In this document: piece after piece, positions 26,697-36,382 of the stretch | Numbering within the stretch: the first letter of the stretch is position 1 | Layout: every line of letters starts with the position of its first letter | From: an uncultured delta proteobacterium | GTDB lineage: Bacteria > Myxococcota > Myxococcia > Myxococcales > Myxococcaceae | Length of the DNA stretch: 64,000 nucleotides | Direction of reading: 5' to 3' | Assembly (NCBI GenBank): GCA_963776345.1 | Contig: CAVZMH010000003.1 | Location: forward strand, 1-64,000 | Position numbers and translations under genes: made by a program | Notes under the pieces: generated by a model | Told to the model about the DNA's origin: nothing | What the model saw: the letters and a program-made list of their open reading frames with translations, nothing else | Databases searched by the model: none

Positions 26697-28061
26697 TCAG
26701 CTGGCCTTCAGCCCGTACTGCTGGAGCCGCCGGTACAGCGCACTGCGCGAGAGCCCGAGGAGCTTCGCCGCGTCGCTGACGCTGCCATCGGTCCGGCCGA
26801 GCGCGCGCTGGATGAGGTAGCGCTCGGCATCCTCCAGGGTCATGTCCTCGACCCGGGCGCCGCCCTCGCGCGGGCGCAGCACCAGATCCTCCGGGGTGAG
26901 CTCGGCCCCGCGGGCCATCAGCACCGCGCGCTCCACGCAGTGCTCCAGCTCCCGGACGTTCCCCGGCCACGGGTACTCGAGCAACGCCTTGAGCGCCGCA
27001 GCCCCGAAGCGCTGCACCGGCTTCCGATAGCGCGCGGCCTGGGCGGCGAGGAAGGCGCTGGCCAGGGCGGGGATGTCCTCGCGGCGGTCGCGCAGCGGCG
27101 GGAGCACCACCTCCACGGTGTTCAGCCGATAGAGCAGGTCCTCGCGGAAGGCGCCGGACTTCACGCCGGCGTGCAGGTCGGCGTTGGTGGCGGCGAGGAC
27201 GCGGGTGTCCGCACGGCGGACGCGGCTGCTCCCCACCGGGTGGAACTCGCCGGTCTGGAGCACCCGCAGCAGCTTGCCCTGCTGGCCGAGCGGCATGTTC
27301 GCCACCTCGTCCATGAACAGCGTGCCCTGGTCGGCGAGCTCGAAGCAGCCGGTGCGATCCGTCTTGGCATCGGTGAACGCGCCCTTCACGTGGCCGAAGA
27401 GCTCGCTCTCGAAGACGCCCTCGCTCAGCGCCCCGGCGTTGACCGGGACGAAGGGCTTGCCGGCGCGGTGGCTCATCCCGTGGATGCGCCGGGCGACCAC
27501 CTCCTTGCCGGTCCCGTGCTCTCCGGTGATGAGCACGTTGGCGTCCGAGGCGGCGATGCGGTCCACCAGCTCCAGCACCGCCCGCATCGCCCGGGACTCG
27601 GCGACCATCCCCGGCGCCCGGGTCTGCAGCCGCTCGTTCTCCGCGGAGAGCCGGCGGGTGCACTTGAGCGCGTCGCCGAGCTCCACCTGGCTCCGCAGCG
27701 TCGCCACCAGCCGGGTGTTGTCCCAGGGCTTGCTCACGTAGTCGCGCGCGCCACCCCGCATCGCGTCCACCGCGCCCTCCACGCTCCCCCAGGCGGTCAT
27801 CACCACCACCGGGAGCGACGGGTCGAGCTGCCGGAGCCTCGCCAGCAGCTCGAGGCCCTCGCGGCCCGAGGTGGTGTCGCGGGCGTAGTTCAGGTCCATC
27901 AGCACCACGTCCACGTCCTCGGTCTCCACGGCGCCCAGCACTCCGGCCGGCGAGCTGGTGGGCACCACGGCGAAGCCGCTGGCCTTGAGCAGCAGCCGGA
28001 GGGCCTCCACCACGTCCGGCTGGTCGTCGGCGACCAGGATGCGGGGCTGGGCGAGCGACAC
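26697..28061 (-). CDS. Sigma54-dependent response regulator (NtrC family)
   Basis: REC (VADD, MDLNY), GEHGTGKE, GAFTDA, WPGNVREL, Fis-type HTH. Confidence 0.92.
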   Translation of the reverse strand: MSLAQPRILVADDQPDVVEALRLLLKASGFAVVPTSSPAGVLGAVETEDVDVVLMDLNYARDTTSGREGLELLARLRQLDPSLPVVVMTAWGSVEGAVDAMRGGARDYVSKPWDNTRLVATLRSQVELGDALKCTRRLSAENERLQTRAPGMVAESRAMRAVLELVDRIAASDANVLITGEHGTGKEVVARRIHGMSHRAGKPFVPVNAGALSEGVFESELFGHVKGAFTDAKTDRTGCFELADQGTLFMDEVANMPLGQQGKLLRVLQTGEFHPVGSSRVRRADTRVLAATNADLHAGVKSGAFREDLLYRLNTVEVVLPPLRDRREDIPALASAFLAAQAARYRKPVQRFGAAALKALLEYPWPGNVRELEHCVERAVLMARGAELTPEDLVLRPREGGARVEDMTLEDAERYLIQRALGRTDGSVSDAAKLLGLSRSALYRRLQQYGLKAS

Positions 28062-28074
28062 GGTGCGCCTCTTC

Positions 28075-28737
28075 CTAGTCCCGGAGCCAGCCGTCGGCCA
28101 TGTGGAGGGTCCGTCTTCCGTGGGCGGCGTTGTCTGCACTGTGCGTCACCTGGACGATGGTGGTGCCTTCGGCGTTGAGACGACGGAACAGCCCCATGAT
28201 TTCCGCCGCCTGCTCCGAGTGCAGGTTTCCGGTGGGTTCGTCGGCCAGGAGCAGGCTGGGCTCGTGGATGATGGCTCGTGCCACGCCCACCAGCTGCTGC
28301 TGCCCGCCCGAGAGCTGGGAGGGGTAGAGGTCTTTCTTCCCCACGATGCGGAACCGGTCGAGGGTGTCCGCCACCCGGGCCTGGATCTCCTTCCGGGAGA
28401 AGCCGCGGTAGCCGAGCGGGACCTCGAGGTTCTCGGCCACCGTCAGGTCGTCGAGGAGGTGGTACCGCTGGAAGACGAAGCCCACGTGACGGCGGGCGAG
28501 CCCCTGGCGCTCACGGGCCGACATCCGGTCCACCTGCTGTCCGTCCAGCTGGTACTCGCCGGTCCAGTCGGCGTCGAGCATGCCCAGGACGGCCAGCAGC
28601 GTGCTCTTGCCCGCGCCCGAGGGTCCCATGAGGGTGAGGAAGTCGCCCCGCTCGACGACCAGGTTCACGTTGCGGAGCAGGAAGAGCGACCCGGTTCCCG
28701 ACTTCACCGACTTCTCGAGCCCGTGGACGCGGATCAC
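28075..28737 (-). CDS. ABC transporter ATP-binding protein (LolD/MacB type)
   Basis: GPSGAGKS, LSGGQQQ, LLADEPTGNL, VTH. Confidence 0.9.
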   Translation of the reverse strand: MIRVHGLEKSVKSGTGSLFLLRNVNLVVERGDFLTLMGPSGAGKSTLLAVLGMLDADWTGEYQLDGQQVDRMSARERQGLARRHVGFVFQRYHLLDDLTVAENLEVPLGYRGFSRKEIQARVADTLDRFRIVGKKDLYPSQLSGGQQQLVGVARAIIHEPSLLLADEPTGNLHSEQAAEIMGLFRRLNAEGTTIVQVTHSADNAAHGRRTLHMADGWLRD

Positions 28738-28970
28738 TGCCAGCGGCTCCCCTGGCAGCCCATCCTCGCCACGCGCTCGGGCCGGGGCTCGTTCCAGAGC
28801 GCCTGCACCGCCCAGCCGGTCGCGGCGGCCGCGTGCTCCAGCGGCCTGGTGCGGACGCTGCGCGCCACGGCGGCCAGCGCGGGATCCTCCGAGAGCCGGA
28901 CGCCCGCGGCGAGCAGCACGGTGGTGACCAGCAGCACCAGCGCTCCCCTGCGCTCTCGCGAGGGCTCCAT
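28734..28970 (-). CDS. Small hypothetical membrane protein
   Basis: Fills the gap between two ATPases with close coupling; one hydrophobic segment. Confidence 0.45.
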   Translation of the reverse strand: MEPSRERRGALVLLVTTVLLAAGVRLSEDPALAAVARSVRTRPLEHAAAATGWAVQALWNEPRPERVARMGCQGSRWQ

Positions 28971-28976
28971 GACCAC

Positions 28977-29723
28977 TTACCCGAGCACGCTCGCGGCATC
29001 GTCCTCCACCACCCGGCCGTCGAAGAGGCTCACCGAGCGGGTGGCCAGCTTCGCGTGCCCGAGGTCGTGGGTGACCATGCACAGCGTGGCGCCGCCGGCG
29101 TGCAGCTCGCGCAGGAGCTCCATCACCGCCTGGCCGTTCTTCGAGTCGAGGTTGCCGGTGGGCTCGTCGGCGAGCAGCAGGAGCGGGTCGCCGGCGACGG
29201 CCCGGGCCACCGCCACGCGCTGCTGCTGTCCGCCGGAGAGCTGGCCGGGGAGGTGCTTGCGCCGGTGCGCCATGCCCACCCGCTCCAGCGCGCTGTCCAC
29301 CCGCCGCTTTCGCTCCGCCGCGGGCAGGCCCCGGTAGGTCAGCGGCAGCTCCACGTTCTCGAACACCGTCAGGTCGCCGATGAGGTTGAAGCTCTGGAAG
29401 ATGAAGCCGATCTGACGATTGCGGACCCAGGCGCGCTGCGAGGCGCTGAGCCCGGAGACGGGACGGCCGTCGAGCAGGTAACTGCCGGAGCTCGGGGTGT
29501 CGAGCAGGCCGAGGATGGCGAGGAGCGTCGTCTTGCCCGAGCCGGAGGGCCCGACGATGGCCACCCACTCGCCCTGGTGCACCGTCATGTGCACGTTGGA
29601 GAGCGCGTGGGTCTCCACCTCGTCGGTGAGGAAGACCTTGGTCACTCCCTCGAGGTGCAGCAGCCGCTTTCCAGCGGCGGGGCGCGCATCTCTGGTGACG
29701 GCCTGGACTGCGGTGTCGTTCAT
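28977..29723 (-). CDS. ABC transporter ATP-binding protein
   Basis: GPSGSGKT, LSGGQQQRVAVARA, LADEPTGNLD. Confidence 0.92.
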   Translation of the reverse strand: MNDTAVQAVTRDARPAAGKRLLHLEGVTKVFLTDEVETHALSNVHMTVHQGEWVAIVGPSGSGKTTLLAILGLLDTPSSGSYLLDGRPVSGLSASQRAWVRNRQIGFIFQSFNLIGDLTVFENVELPLTYRGLPAAERKRRVDSALERVGMAHRRKHLPGQLSGGQQQRVAVARAVAGDPLLLLADEPTGNLDSKNGQAVMELLRELHAGGATLCMVTHDLGHAKLATRSVSLFDGRVVEDDAASVLG

Positions 29724-30964
29724 CGGAGCCTCACGGTTTCGCTGGCATCCCACGCGGACATGTCCGAGAGCACCACCCGGTCTCCCTCGGACAGCCCGCC
29801 CTTCACCTCGATGGTGTTCACGCTGCTCCGGCCGAGCGTCACCCGGGTGCGCTGGGCGCTGTCGCTGCCCGGCGCCAGCCGGTACAGCTCCACGGCGCTC
29901 TCCGGCTGGGCCCCGGCGGGGCGGCCCACGAAGAGCACGTCCGGGAGCTTCTCGATCTCGATCGTCCCCTCGACGGTGAGGTCGGGCCGCGCGCCCTTCG
30001 GCAGAGCGCCCTCCAGCTCGACCTCCACCAGCACCGTCCCCTGGGACGCGGCGGGGTTCACCCGGCGCACGTGGCCGGGGACGATGCCGTTCCGGGTGTC
30101 GATCTCCACGTGCTGGCCGAGCGCCACGTCCTTGGCCTGCGTCTCGGGGATGCGGAGCTCGGCCTTCAGCTCACCGGGCTGGACCACCTTGGCGAGCAGC
30201 GTGCCCGGGACGACCCACTGCCCGAGCTCGAGCGGGAGGTCCTGGAGGATGCCGTCGTCGCCGGCGTGCACGCGCATCGAGTCGACCAGCTGCTTGCGGA
30301 AGCGGGCCACGGCGCGGAGCTTCTCCAGCTGCTCGCCCACCGCGCGGGTGCGATCGGCCAGGCTCCGCTGCAGCACCGTGACCTGGTCCTTCCCCAGGCG
30401 GAGGCGCTCGGAGAGGTCGTTCGCCCGGTCGCTGCTCAGGCCGGTGTCGATGTCCGAGAGCATCGCCCTGGCGTGGAGCTTCCGGTCCGCCTCGGCGCGG
30501 CGCCGGGCGTCGGCGGCGTCGGTCTCGAGCTGGGCCACGGTGGCCTCCTGCCTGAGCCGGTCGTTGGCCAGGTTGGTCTTGAGCGCCAGGAGGTCGGCCT
30601 CGGCGGACGACACCTGACGCTCGGCCTCGAGCGACTGGAGCATCACGTCGGGGTTGGACAGCTCGAGGAGCACGGTGTCCGCCTTCACCGGAGCGCCAGG
30701 GCGGAGGTGGATTCGCTCCACCCGGCCGGCGGTGTCGGCGGTGATCCACCGGATGTGCTCGGGGACCAGGGTGCCCGGGCCCTTCACCGCGCGGAGCATC
30801 GCCCCGCGGCGGACGGTGTCGATCCACACGCCGCTCTTCTCCACGGACGGGGCCGCCGGCTTCACCCGGGTGAGGCCGAGGGCGAGCAGCGCCACCAGCA
30901 CGGTGGCTCCACCGGCCAGATAGACCGGGCGGAGGCTTCGAACTCTTTCGCGAGGGATGTCCAC
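29720..30964 (-). CDS. Efflux periplasmic adaptor (HlyD/MacA family)
   Basis: N-terminal TM; VRRGAMLRAVKGPGTLVP; coiled coil; ELRIPETQAKDVALGQ; GLSEGDRVVLSD. Confidence 0.88.
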   Translation of the reverse strand: MDIPRERVRSLRPVYLAGGATVLVALLALGLTRVKPAAPSVEKSGVWIDTVRRGAMLRAVKGPGTLVPEHIRWITADTAGRVERIHLRPGAPVKADTVLLELSNPDVMLQSLEAERQVSSAEADLLALKTNLANDRLRQEATVAQLETDAADARRRAEADRKLHARAMLSDIDTGLSSDRANDLSERLRLGKDQVTVLQRSLADRTRAVGEQLEKLRAVARFRKQLVDSMRVHAGDDGILQDLPLELGQWVVPGTLLAKVVQPGELKAELRIPETQAKDVALGQHVEIDTRNGIVPGHVRRVNPAASQGTVLVEVELEGALPKGARPDLTVEGTIEIEKLPDVLFVGRPAGAQPESAVELYRLAPGSDSAQRTRVTLGRSSVNTIEVKGGLSEGDRVVLSDMSAWDASETVRLR

Positions 30965-30982
30965 GGCGCGGGCGCAAGACAT

Positions 30983-30998
30983 AGCCAGCCGCGTGCCA
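30983..30998 (-). promoter_or_regulatory. Putative sigma54 (-24/-12) promoter
   Basis: Minus strand TGGCAC-GCGGC-TGGCT (GG-N10-GC spacing) just upstream of the adaptor gene; the operon encodes a sigma54 activator. Confidence 0.6.
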
Positions 30999-31144
30999 CG
31001 CTCCGGGCTCACCGCAGGACCTCGAAGTCACGGGGCTTTTCGAGGGGTCGGACCTCTTGCGGGCCGGGGAGGGCGGCGAGCGCGGCACGGGCCGTCCCAC
31101 AATCGGACACGTCGTCGAGCCCCCCTCCGGTGACTCCGCCCCGG

Positions 31145-32101
31145 TCAGGCGCGGCGACGGCCCGCGAGGAGCGCCGCCCCCACGAGCCCGAGCAGCGCCG
31201 GTGCCAGGACGCCCGGCTGGGCGGAGCTCGCGCACCCCGGGCCGGTGCGGGCGATGCCTGGACTGGTCGGGCCAGTGCCACCGCCGGACGTGCCGCCGCC
31301 CACGCCACCGGCTCCACCCGTCCCCCCGGTTCCGGCGTCCGCGTCGAGACAGTCTCGCGAGGCAAGGCCCACCGGGTACACGTCACAGACGAACTGCTTG
31401 CTCGCCGGGTCGAGCACGCGCTTCGACGTCTCCCCGAGCGGTCCCGTCGCGTACATGGTCGACGCCGGGTCCGGAGAGTGGTCCAGGCCGAGCGCGTGGC
31501 CGAGCTCGTGGGTCACGGTGTTCTGGACGTCGTTTCCCACACAGGACTGCGAGATCTGTCCCGGGGCGCAAGGCGGCGAGTCCACCAGGGTCAGGTACGA
31601 GAGCGCGCCGTTGACCTCGATGTCGGTGTCCACCAGGGCGCCGCTCGCGTCGTAGGTGAGGAGCGTCATGGCGAGGATGGCCGCGCCGTGGTCCCAGCAG
31701 TCGTAGACGTTTCCACACGTATCCGTCGTCCGGCAGGGGTCGTTGGCCCCCACCGCGTGGAAGCAGTCGGAGGTGCGGACCAGGACGAGGTTCTCGTTGT
31801 TCCCGGTCCGGTCGTAGCCGGTGAGACGCGAGGACGAGTGCGGGCCCTCGAGCAGGTCGAAGCTCCCGCACCGCGTGGCCTGCGCGGCCCAGCTTCCCTC
31901 CGAGCGGGAGACGGCGTCGAAGAGCCCGGGGCCCAGCTTGAAGTCGCCGGCCGAGCTCTGGACGAAGGTGACGGCCCCCCGCGCTCGAGCGCTCACCGGC
32001 CAGCGGAGGCAGTGCTGCCCGTCGCCGGTCCGCTCGCGGACGTACCCCGCGTCCGCCTGCCCGAGCGCCAGCGCCGCGCCGAGCAGGAGGGCGACGGTCA
32101 T
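31145..32101 (-). CDS. Myxosortase-dependent (MYXO-CTERM) metzincin metalloprotease
   Basis: DVQNTVTHELGHALGLDH; Met-turn STMYA; C-terminal GCASS, TM and RRRA. Confidence 0.85.
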   Translation of the reverse strand: MTVALLLGAALALGQADAGYVRERTGDGQHCLRWPVSARARGAVTFVQSSAGDFKLGPGLFDAVSRSEGSWAAQATRCGSFDLLEGPHSSSRLTGYDRTGNNENLVLVRTSDCFHAVGANDPCRTTDTCGNVYDCWDHGAAILAMTLLTYDASGALVDTDIEVNGALSYLTLVDSPPCAPGQISQSCVGNDVQNTVTHELGHALGLDHSPDPASTMYATGPLGETSKRVLDPASKQFVCDVYPVGLASRDCLDADAGTGGTGGAGGVGGGTSGGGTGPTSPGIARTGPGCASSAQPGVLAPALLGLVGAALLAGRRRA

Positions 32102-32616
32102 CGGGCGGCCTGGACGGCCTCGCGGAGCTGGGGCAGCGGCATCGCCCGGCGGGCCGCGGGCGCTGCCCCGGGCGGGGGAACCAGCTCCAGCCCCTCGACC
32201 GACGCCGGGACGGCCTGCCGCGCCCCAGCGGCGCTCGAGACTCGGTACACGCCCTGGGCGAGACCGACCACCCGGTGGTTCGGCCCGGCTCGCTCGAGGA
32301 ACAGCACCACCTCCTCGCCGGCGCCGAGGTCGGCCACGCCGGAGACGCGCTGGCCAATGCCGTCGAGCTCCCCGCCCGGCTGGAGCACGGTGATGCGGCC
32401 GGCGGCGCTGCCCTTCCAGGTCTCGAGGACCTCGACCTCCACCCGGGTCACGATCCGGCGATGGTCTCCGGTCCAGGCGGGGGTGGAGGCGAGCACCTTG
32501 CCTCGCACCACGTCGGTGGCCTGGGCGGTCAAGGCGGGGACGTCCATCTGCAGGGCGGTGCTGGCCAGGGCCGGAGCAGCGACGCCGAGGAGGAGCGCGA
32601 GGACGAGGGGCTTCAT
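32098..32616 (-). CDS. Exported hypothetical protein
   Basis: Signal peptide; VVRGKV, ETWKG, QPGGELDG, GEEVVLFL, GLAQGVYRV; ATGA-coupled to the next gene. Confidence 0.75.
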   Translation of the reverse strand: MKPLVLALLLGVAAPALASTALQMDVPALTAQATDVVRGKVLASTPAWTGDHRRIVTRVEVEVLETWKGSAAGRITVLQPGGELDGIGQRVSGVADLGAGEEVVLFLERAGPNHRVVGLAQGVYRVSSAAGARQAVPASVEGLELVPPPGAAPAARRAMPLPQLREAVQAAR

Positions 32617-32619
32617 CGG

Positions 32620-33550
32620 TCAGGAGCCTAGTTCGGCCGGGACGGGCTGGAAGAGCCGGAAACGACTCGGGACACCTCGGCGGCGGCGCGTTGCAAGGGC
32701 CAGGAGCAGCAGTCGCCGCCCCGGGCGCGAGGCCGCCCGCGCTCCCGGCGCTGCTGCAACCCGAGGTGCTGCCCGTCCCCGAGTCCGGGGCGCAGTCGAT
32801 GGACGCGCGCCCCTGGGGATAGACGTCGCAGACGAACTGCTTGCTCCCGGAGTCCAGCACCCGCTTGGCGGTCTCGCCCAGCGGCTCGCTGGCGAACATC
32901 GTCGAGGCCGCGTCCGGCGAGTGGGCCAGCCCGAGGACGTGCCCGAGCTCGTGGGTCATCGCGTTCTGGACGTCGTTCGCCACGCAGCTGGTGGAGATGG
33001 CGCCCGGCGAGCACGGGGGGGAATCCACCACCGTGGGGGTCGCCGCGGCGGCGTTCAGCTCCACGTCCGCGTCGAGCAGCACCCCGGTGGCCACCGCGTA
33101 GGTCGTGGTGGTGAGCGCCACGACGCTGGCCGAGTGGTCCCAGCAGTCGTAGGTGTCGCCGCAGCTGCCCGCGGCCAGGCACGGGTCTCCGGGCGGGACG
33201 ACCGCGGAGCACAGGCGCGTCCGGAACAGCACCAGGTTCTCGTTGGGGCCGCTCGCGGCGTAACCGACGGACCGCGAGGCGGAGCGCGCGTCCTCGGCGA
33301 GGTCGAGGTTGCCGCAGGCCTGGAGCTGGGCCTCCCAGGTCTGGCCCGAGCGGGAGACCGCGTCGAACGCTCCGGCGCCCAGACCCGGGGCGCCGGCGGT
33401 GCTCTGGGCGAAGCTCACCCGCCCCCGGGTGCCGGCGCTGACCGACCACCGGAAGCAGTGCGCTCCGTCGTTGGTCTTGGTCCGGACGTACTGGGGCGCG
33501 CTCTGGCCGAGCAGCAGCCCGGAGAGGAGGGCGGCGGCGATGGGTCTCAT
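32620..33550 (-). CDS. Second MYXO-CTERM metzincin metalloprotease (paralogue); frameshift near 32712
   Basis: HELGHVLGLAH; GCSS, then LLLLALATRRRR in the shifted frame; TGA at 32620. Confidence 0.82.
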
Positions 33551-33714
33551 CGCGCGACCTGGCCCCACCCCTCACGGGCGGCGCAACGGCGTGGCGTCGG
33601 TGGCGACGACCCGGCGGCGGGAGCCGCCGAACCCCCCGGAAGCACGGCGGAAGCCGCCCTTGGCGGCCTCGATGTCAGAGCGGCGAGGGGCAATGTCAGC
33701 ATCAGGAGTCCGCC

Positions 33715-33930
33715 GTGGCAGCGATCCAGATGACCGTCGTCGCCCAGTCGAGCCGCCCGCCGTTCCGCGCCCGTGGAGAGCTCGAGCCGTCCGCCTTCGT
33801 GCCCAGCGCGGGGATCGACTTCCTCTGCGGCGCCTGCGACCGGGTGGTGCTCCCCCGGGTGGCGCCGAAGTTCGCGCTCGAGCATTCGTTTCCCTGTCCG
33901 CACTGCGGGGCGCTCAACGAGGCGCCCTAG
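33715..33930 (+). CDS. Small zinc-ribbon-like protein
   Basis: AGGAG RBS before GTG; CGAC...CPHCGALN. Confidence 0.6.
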   Translation: MAAIQMTVVAQSSRPPFRARGELEPSAFVPSAGIDFLCGACDRVVLPRVAPKFALEHSFPCPHCGALNEAP

Positions 33931-34301
33931 GCGCGCCGCCGGCGACGGAGCTCGTGCTTCGAAGGCCGACCACGGCGGAGCGTCGCCCCCGCCCGACGCA
34001 ATGTGCTGAGGATGGTGGGAAGGGCGGCCCGGTACTTCTTCGCCAGCTGGGCGCTGGTCGCACCCTTCTCGTACTCCTTCCGGAGCTGCACGGCCTGCGC
34101 GTCGTCGAACTTGGACGGAGCGCCGCGCCGGCCCCCGGTGCGTCCGGACCGGGCCCGCGTCGCGCGCGCGGCGCCCACCCGCACCGCGCCCTGCAGCGCC
34201 CCGGTGATGTTCTGCAGTCGCCGCTCCAGGAACTCGTTGCGCTGGGCGAGTCGCTCGATCTCCCGCGCGAGGTCCCTGAGGAGCCGTCTCAGATCGGTCA
34301 T
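33927..34301 (-). CDS. Small DNA-binding protein, paralogue of 21725-22093
   Basis: Coiled coil LAREIERLAQRNEFLERRL; KFDDAQAVQLRKEYEKGATSAQLAKKY...TLRR; RGRP. Confidence 0.75.
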   Translation of the reverse strand: MTDLRRLLRDLAREIERLAQRNEFLERRLQNITGALQGAVRVGAARATRARSGRTGGRRGAPSKFDDAQAVQLRKEYEKGATSAQLAKKYRAALPTILSTLRRAGATLRRGRPSKHELRRRRRA

Positions 34302-34458
34302 GGGTACGATCTCGTTCCGTCCGGAATCAAACGTCAATGGGTGAGGGTCGACCGACACAAACATCAACGAATCCGAAGAGAGATGCCAGCCGTGCCGCGC
34401 CATCTTCGCCCGCTCTCCGTCGCGAGCACCAGACCCCGCATGGCCCCCCTGAACAGCG

Positions 34459-36291
34459 CTACTGGGCGTCCTCTTCCACCATGAGCTGGTAGCTGTCCTG
34501 GAAGTTGGACTCCCGGTTCTTCGAGTCCTGCACCTTGAAGAGATAGACGCCCGGGTCGGCGGCGTACCGGATGACCTCCGGCGCATCGCCCTTGGCGCGG
34601 TCCGAGGTCTGGACCAGGGTCAGCGACCCATCGTCGCCCCGCTGGTAGAGGAGCAGCGCCACGTCCACCTTGAGGATGCCGGTGAGCGTCGCCCTCAGGG
34701 CGGTCTTCACCGGACGGTCCGAGAGGTCGAGGCGGAAGAAGTCCGCGTCCCGCTTGGGGTAGATGGTCCCCCGGATGGGCCTGCCGAGTGCGATGGCCGT
34801 CGCCTGGTCCGCGGTGTCGTTCGGCTCGCGCTCCTCGCTGCCGTCGTCGGGGAGGGTGCGGACCGTCAGGCGATAGGGCTGGTCGGGGTTCTCGAACTCC
34901 CGGACCCACTTGCCGTCCACCTTCCGGAGCGCGCCCTCCACCTTGACGAAGCACTCCTTGCTGCAGGCCACGCTGTTCAGCCGCTCGGGCTCCTTCACCG
35001 CGCCGTCGTTGGACCGCTGGAGCACGTGCTCCGTCCCCGGCTTCGCCCCCGGCTCCACCAGCGACAGCTGGAGGTCCAGCTTCTCCACCCCGCTCAGCTC
35101 GAAGCGCACCAGCGAGGGCTGCGGCGGCCGGACGACGTAGTAGTCGACGTCGGTCTTCGGGGTGAGGAAGCCCTCCCGGTAGCCCTCGAGGGGGAGCGGC
35201 GTGGCGTGCGCCAGGTCGTCGTTGGGCTCGTACTCGGCGTTGGCCCCGGCGGCCTCGCGCGAGACGGTCAGGGTGTAGGGATGCTCGGGGTCGAAGCCGC
35301 GCCGGGCCTCCTTCCCCGTGCCGGTCCAGGCGCTCTTCACCACCACGTCGATGACCCGGTCCGTCGCCCGCACCGCGACGTTGCGCTGGGACAGCGGCTG
35401 GCCCTCGGTGCCGCGGGCGGTGAAGAGCGTCGCCTCGGCCTCGGTGAGCACCTGGATCTCGGGCCGCACACCGGCCACGCCGCTCACCTCCAGGCGCAGG
35501 GCGATGCGCGGTGGCTCGGGCACGGCCGGGCCGGCATCCAGGTCGGTCCGGGCGGCCCCGAGCGGCGGCGGCTGGGCGGGGAAGCCCTCCTCGCGCGGCG
35601 GCTCGGCGGGGACCGGTGGCGCCTCGGCCGTGCTCGCCGGACCCGCGTCGGCCGCGCCCGGCTCGGCCAGCCCGGCGTCGGGCCCGGTGTCGAGGACGAT
35701 CCGGAAGTGGTCCTCGTCGCCCGGGGAGCCGTAGAGCCCCTGGACGGTCCAGGAGCCGTTCTGGGGCACGAGCTCGGTCGCATCGGCGTGGCGGTCGTTG
35801 GGCTCGAGCTCCATGCCCGGCCTCGGCTCGCCGTAGCGGACGGACAGGGTGTACGCGCCGCCGCCGCCCTTTCGCACCGCCGAGACGCGGAGGAGCAGCT
35901 TCCCGCGCACGGTCAGGTTGGGGAACCGGGCCGGCTGCCCCTCGCCCTCGGCGCTGACCGCGGCGAGCCGGGTGCGGGTCTCGTCGTAGGCCTCGAGCAG
36001 GACCACCGTCCCCGGGATGCCGCTCACCGTCACCTCCGCCAGCCGCGGCGCCTCGGCGAAGAGGAGGTACCAGTCCTCGTCGGGCCGGGCCGGGGTGCTG
36101 GAGAGGCTCGCCGCCACGTCGGTGCTCTCGCCGATGGGCATCGACTGCTCGGGCCGGTCGTCCGGCTCGACCTCGGCACGCTGCGCCGGCCCGGCGTCCG
36201 GCGCTGGCGGCGGTGGCGCCTCGTGCTTGCGGGGACATCCCGGGAGGACCAGCAGAAGCGACAGGACGGCGAGTGGGCGCGCGGAGCTCAC
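34459..36291 (-). CDS. Lipoprotein with repeated E.EPND / D.D.Y beta-sandwich (PPC-like) modules
   Basis: LLLVLPGC lipobox; four EPDD/EPND motifs followed by DEDWY, DEDHF, DVDYY, DADFF. Confidence 0.7.
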   Translation of the reverse strand: MSSARPLAVLSLLLVLPGCPRKHEAPPPPAPDAGPAQRAEVEPDDRPEQSMPIGESTDVAASLSSTPARPDEDWYLLFAEAPRLAEVTVSGIPGTVVLLEAYDETRTRLAAVSAEGEGQPARFPNLTVRGKLLLRVSAVRKGGGGAYTLSVRYGEPRPGMELEPNDRHADATELVPQNGSWTVQGLYGSPGDEDHFRIVLDTGPDAGLAEPGAADAGPASTAEAPPVPAEPPREEGFPAQPPPLGAARTDLDAGPAVPEPPRIALRLEVSGVAGVRPEIQVLTEAEATLFTARGTEGQPLSQRNVAVRATDRVIDVVVKSAWTGTGKEARRGFDPEHPYTLTVSREAAGANAEYEPNDDLAHATPLPLEGYREGFLTPKTDVDYYVVRPPQPSLVRFELSGVEKLDLQLSLVEPGAKPGTEHVLQRSNDGAVKEPERLNSVACSKECFVKVEGALRKVDGKWVREFENPDQPYRLTVRTLPDDGSEEREPNDTADQATAIALGRPIRGTIYPKRDADFFRLDLSDRPVKTALRATLTGILKVDVALLLYQRGDDGSLTLVQTSDRAKGDAPEVIRYAADPGVYLFKVQDSKNRESNFQDSYQLMVEEDAQ

Positions 36292-36382
36292 GGCAGGGGG
36301 ACCTACCACACAGGGGGGCGAGGTCTCGCGAGACTGGAGTGAGGGTGCCCGGGTGGGCGATGCTCGATTCACCGTCTCCGCC

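Noticed and set aside
31145..33568. 807-aa double-protease fusion ORF
   Set aside because: A single indel near 32712 hides the first protease's TM/RRRR tail and stop, and a real gene lies inside it in another frame.
24849..33733. Very long plus-strand ORFs (1109 and 1220 aa) and similar antisense ORFs elsewhere
   Set aside because: Shadow frames of high-GC genes with no recognisable motifs.
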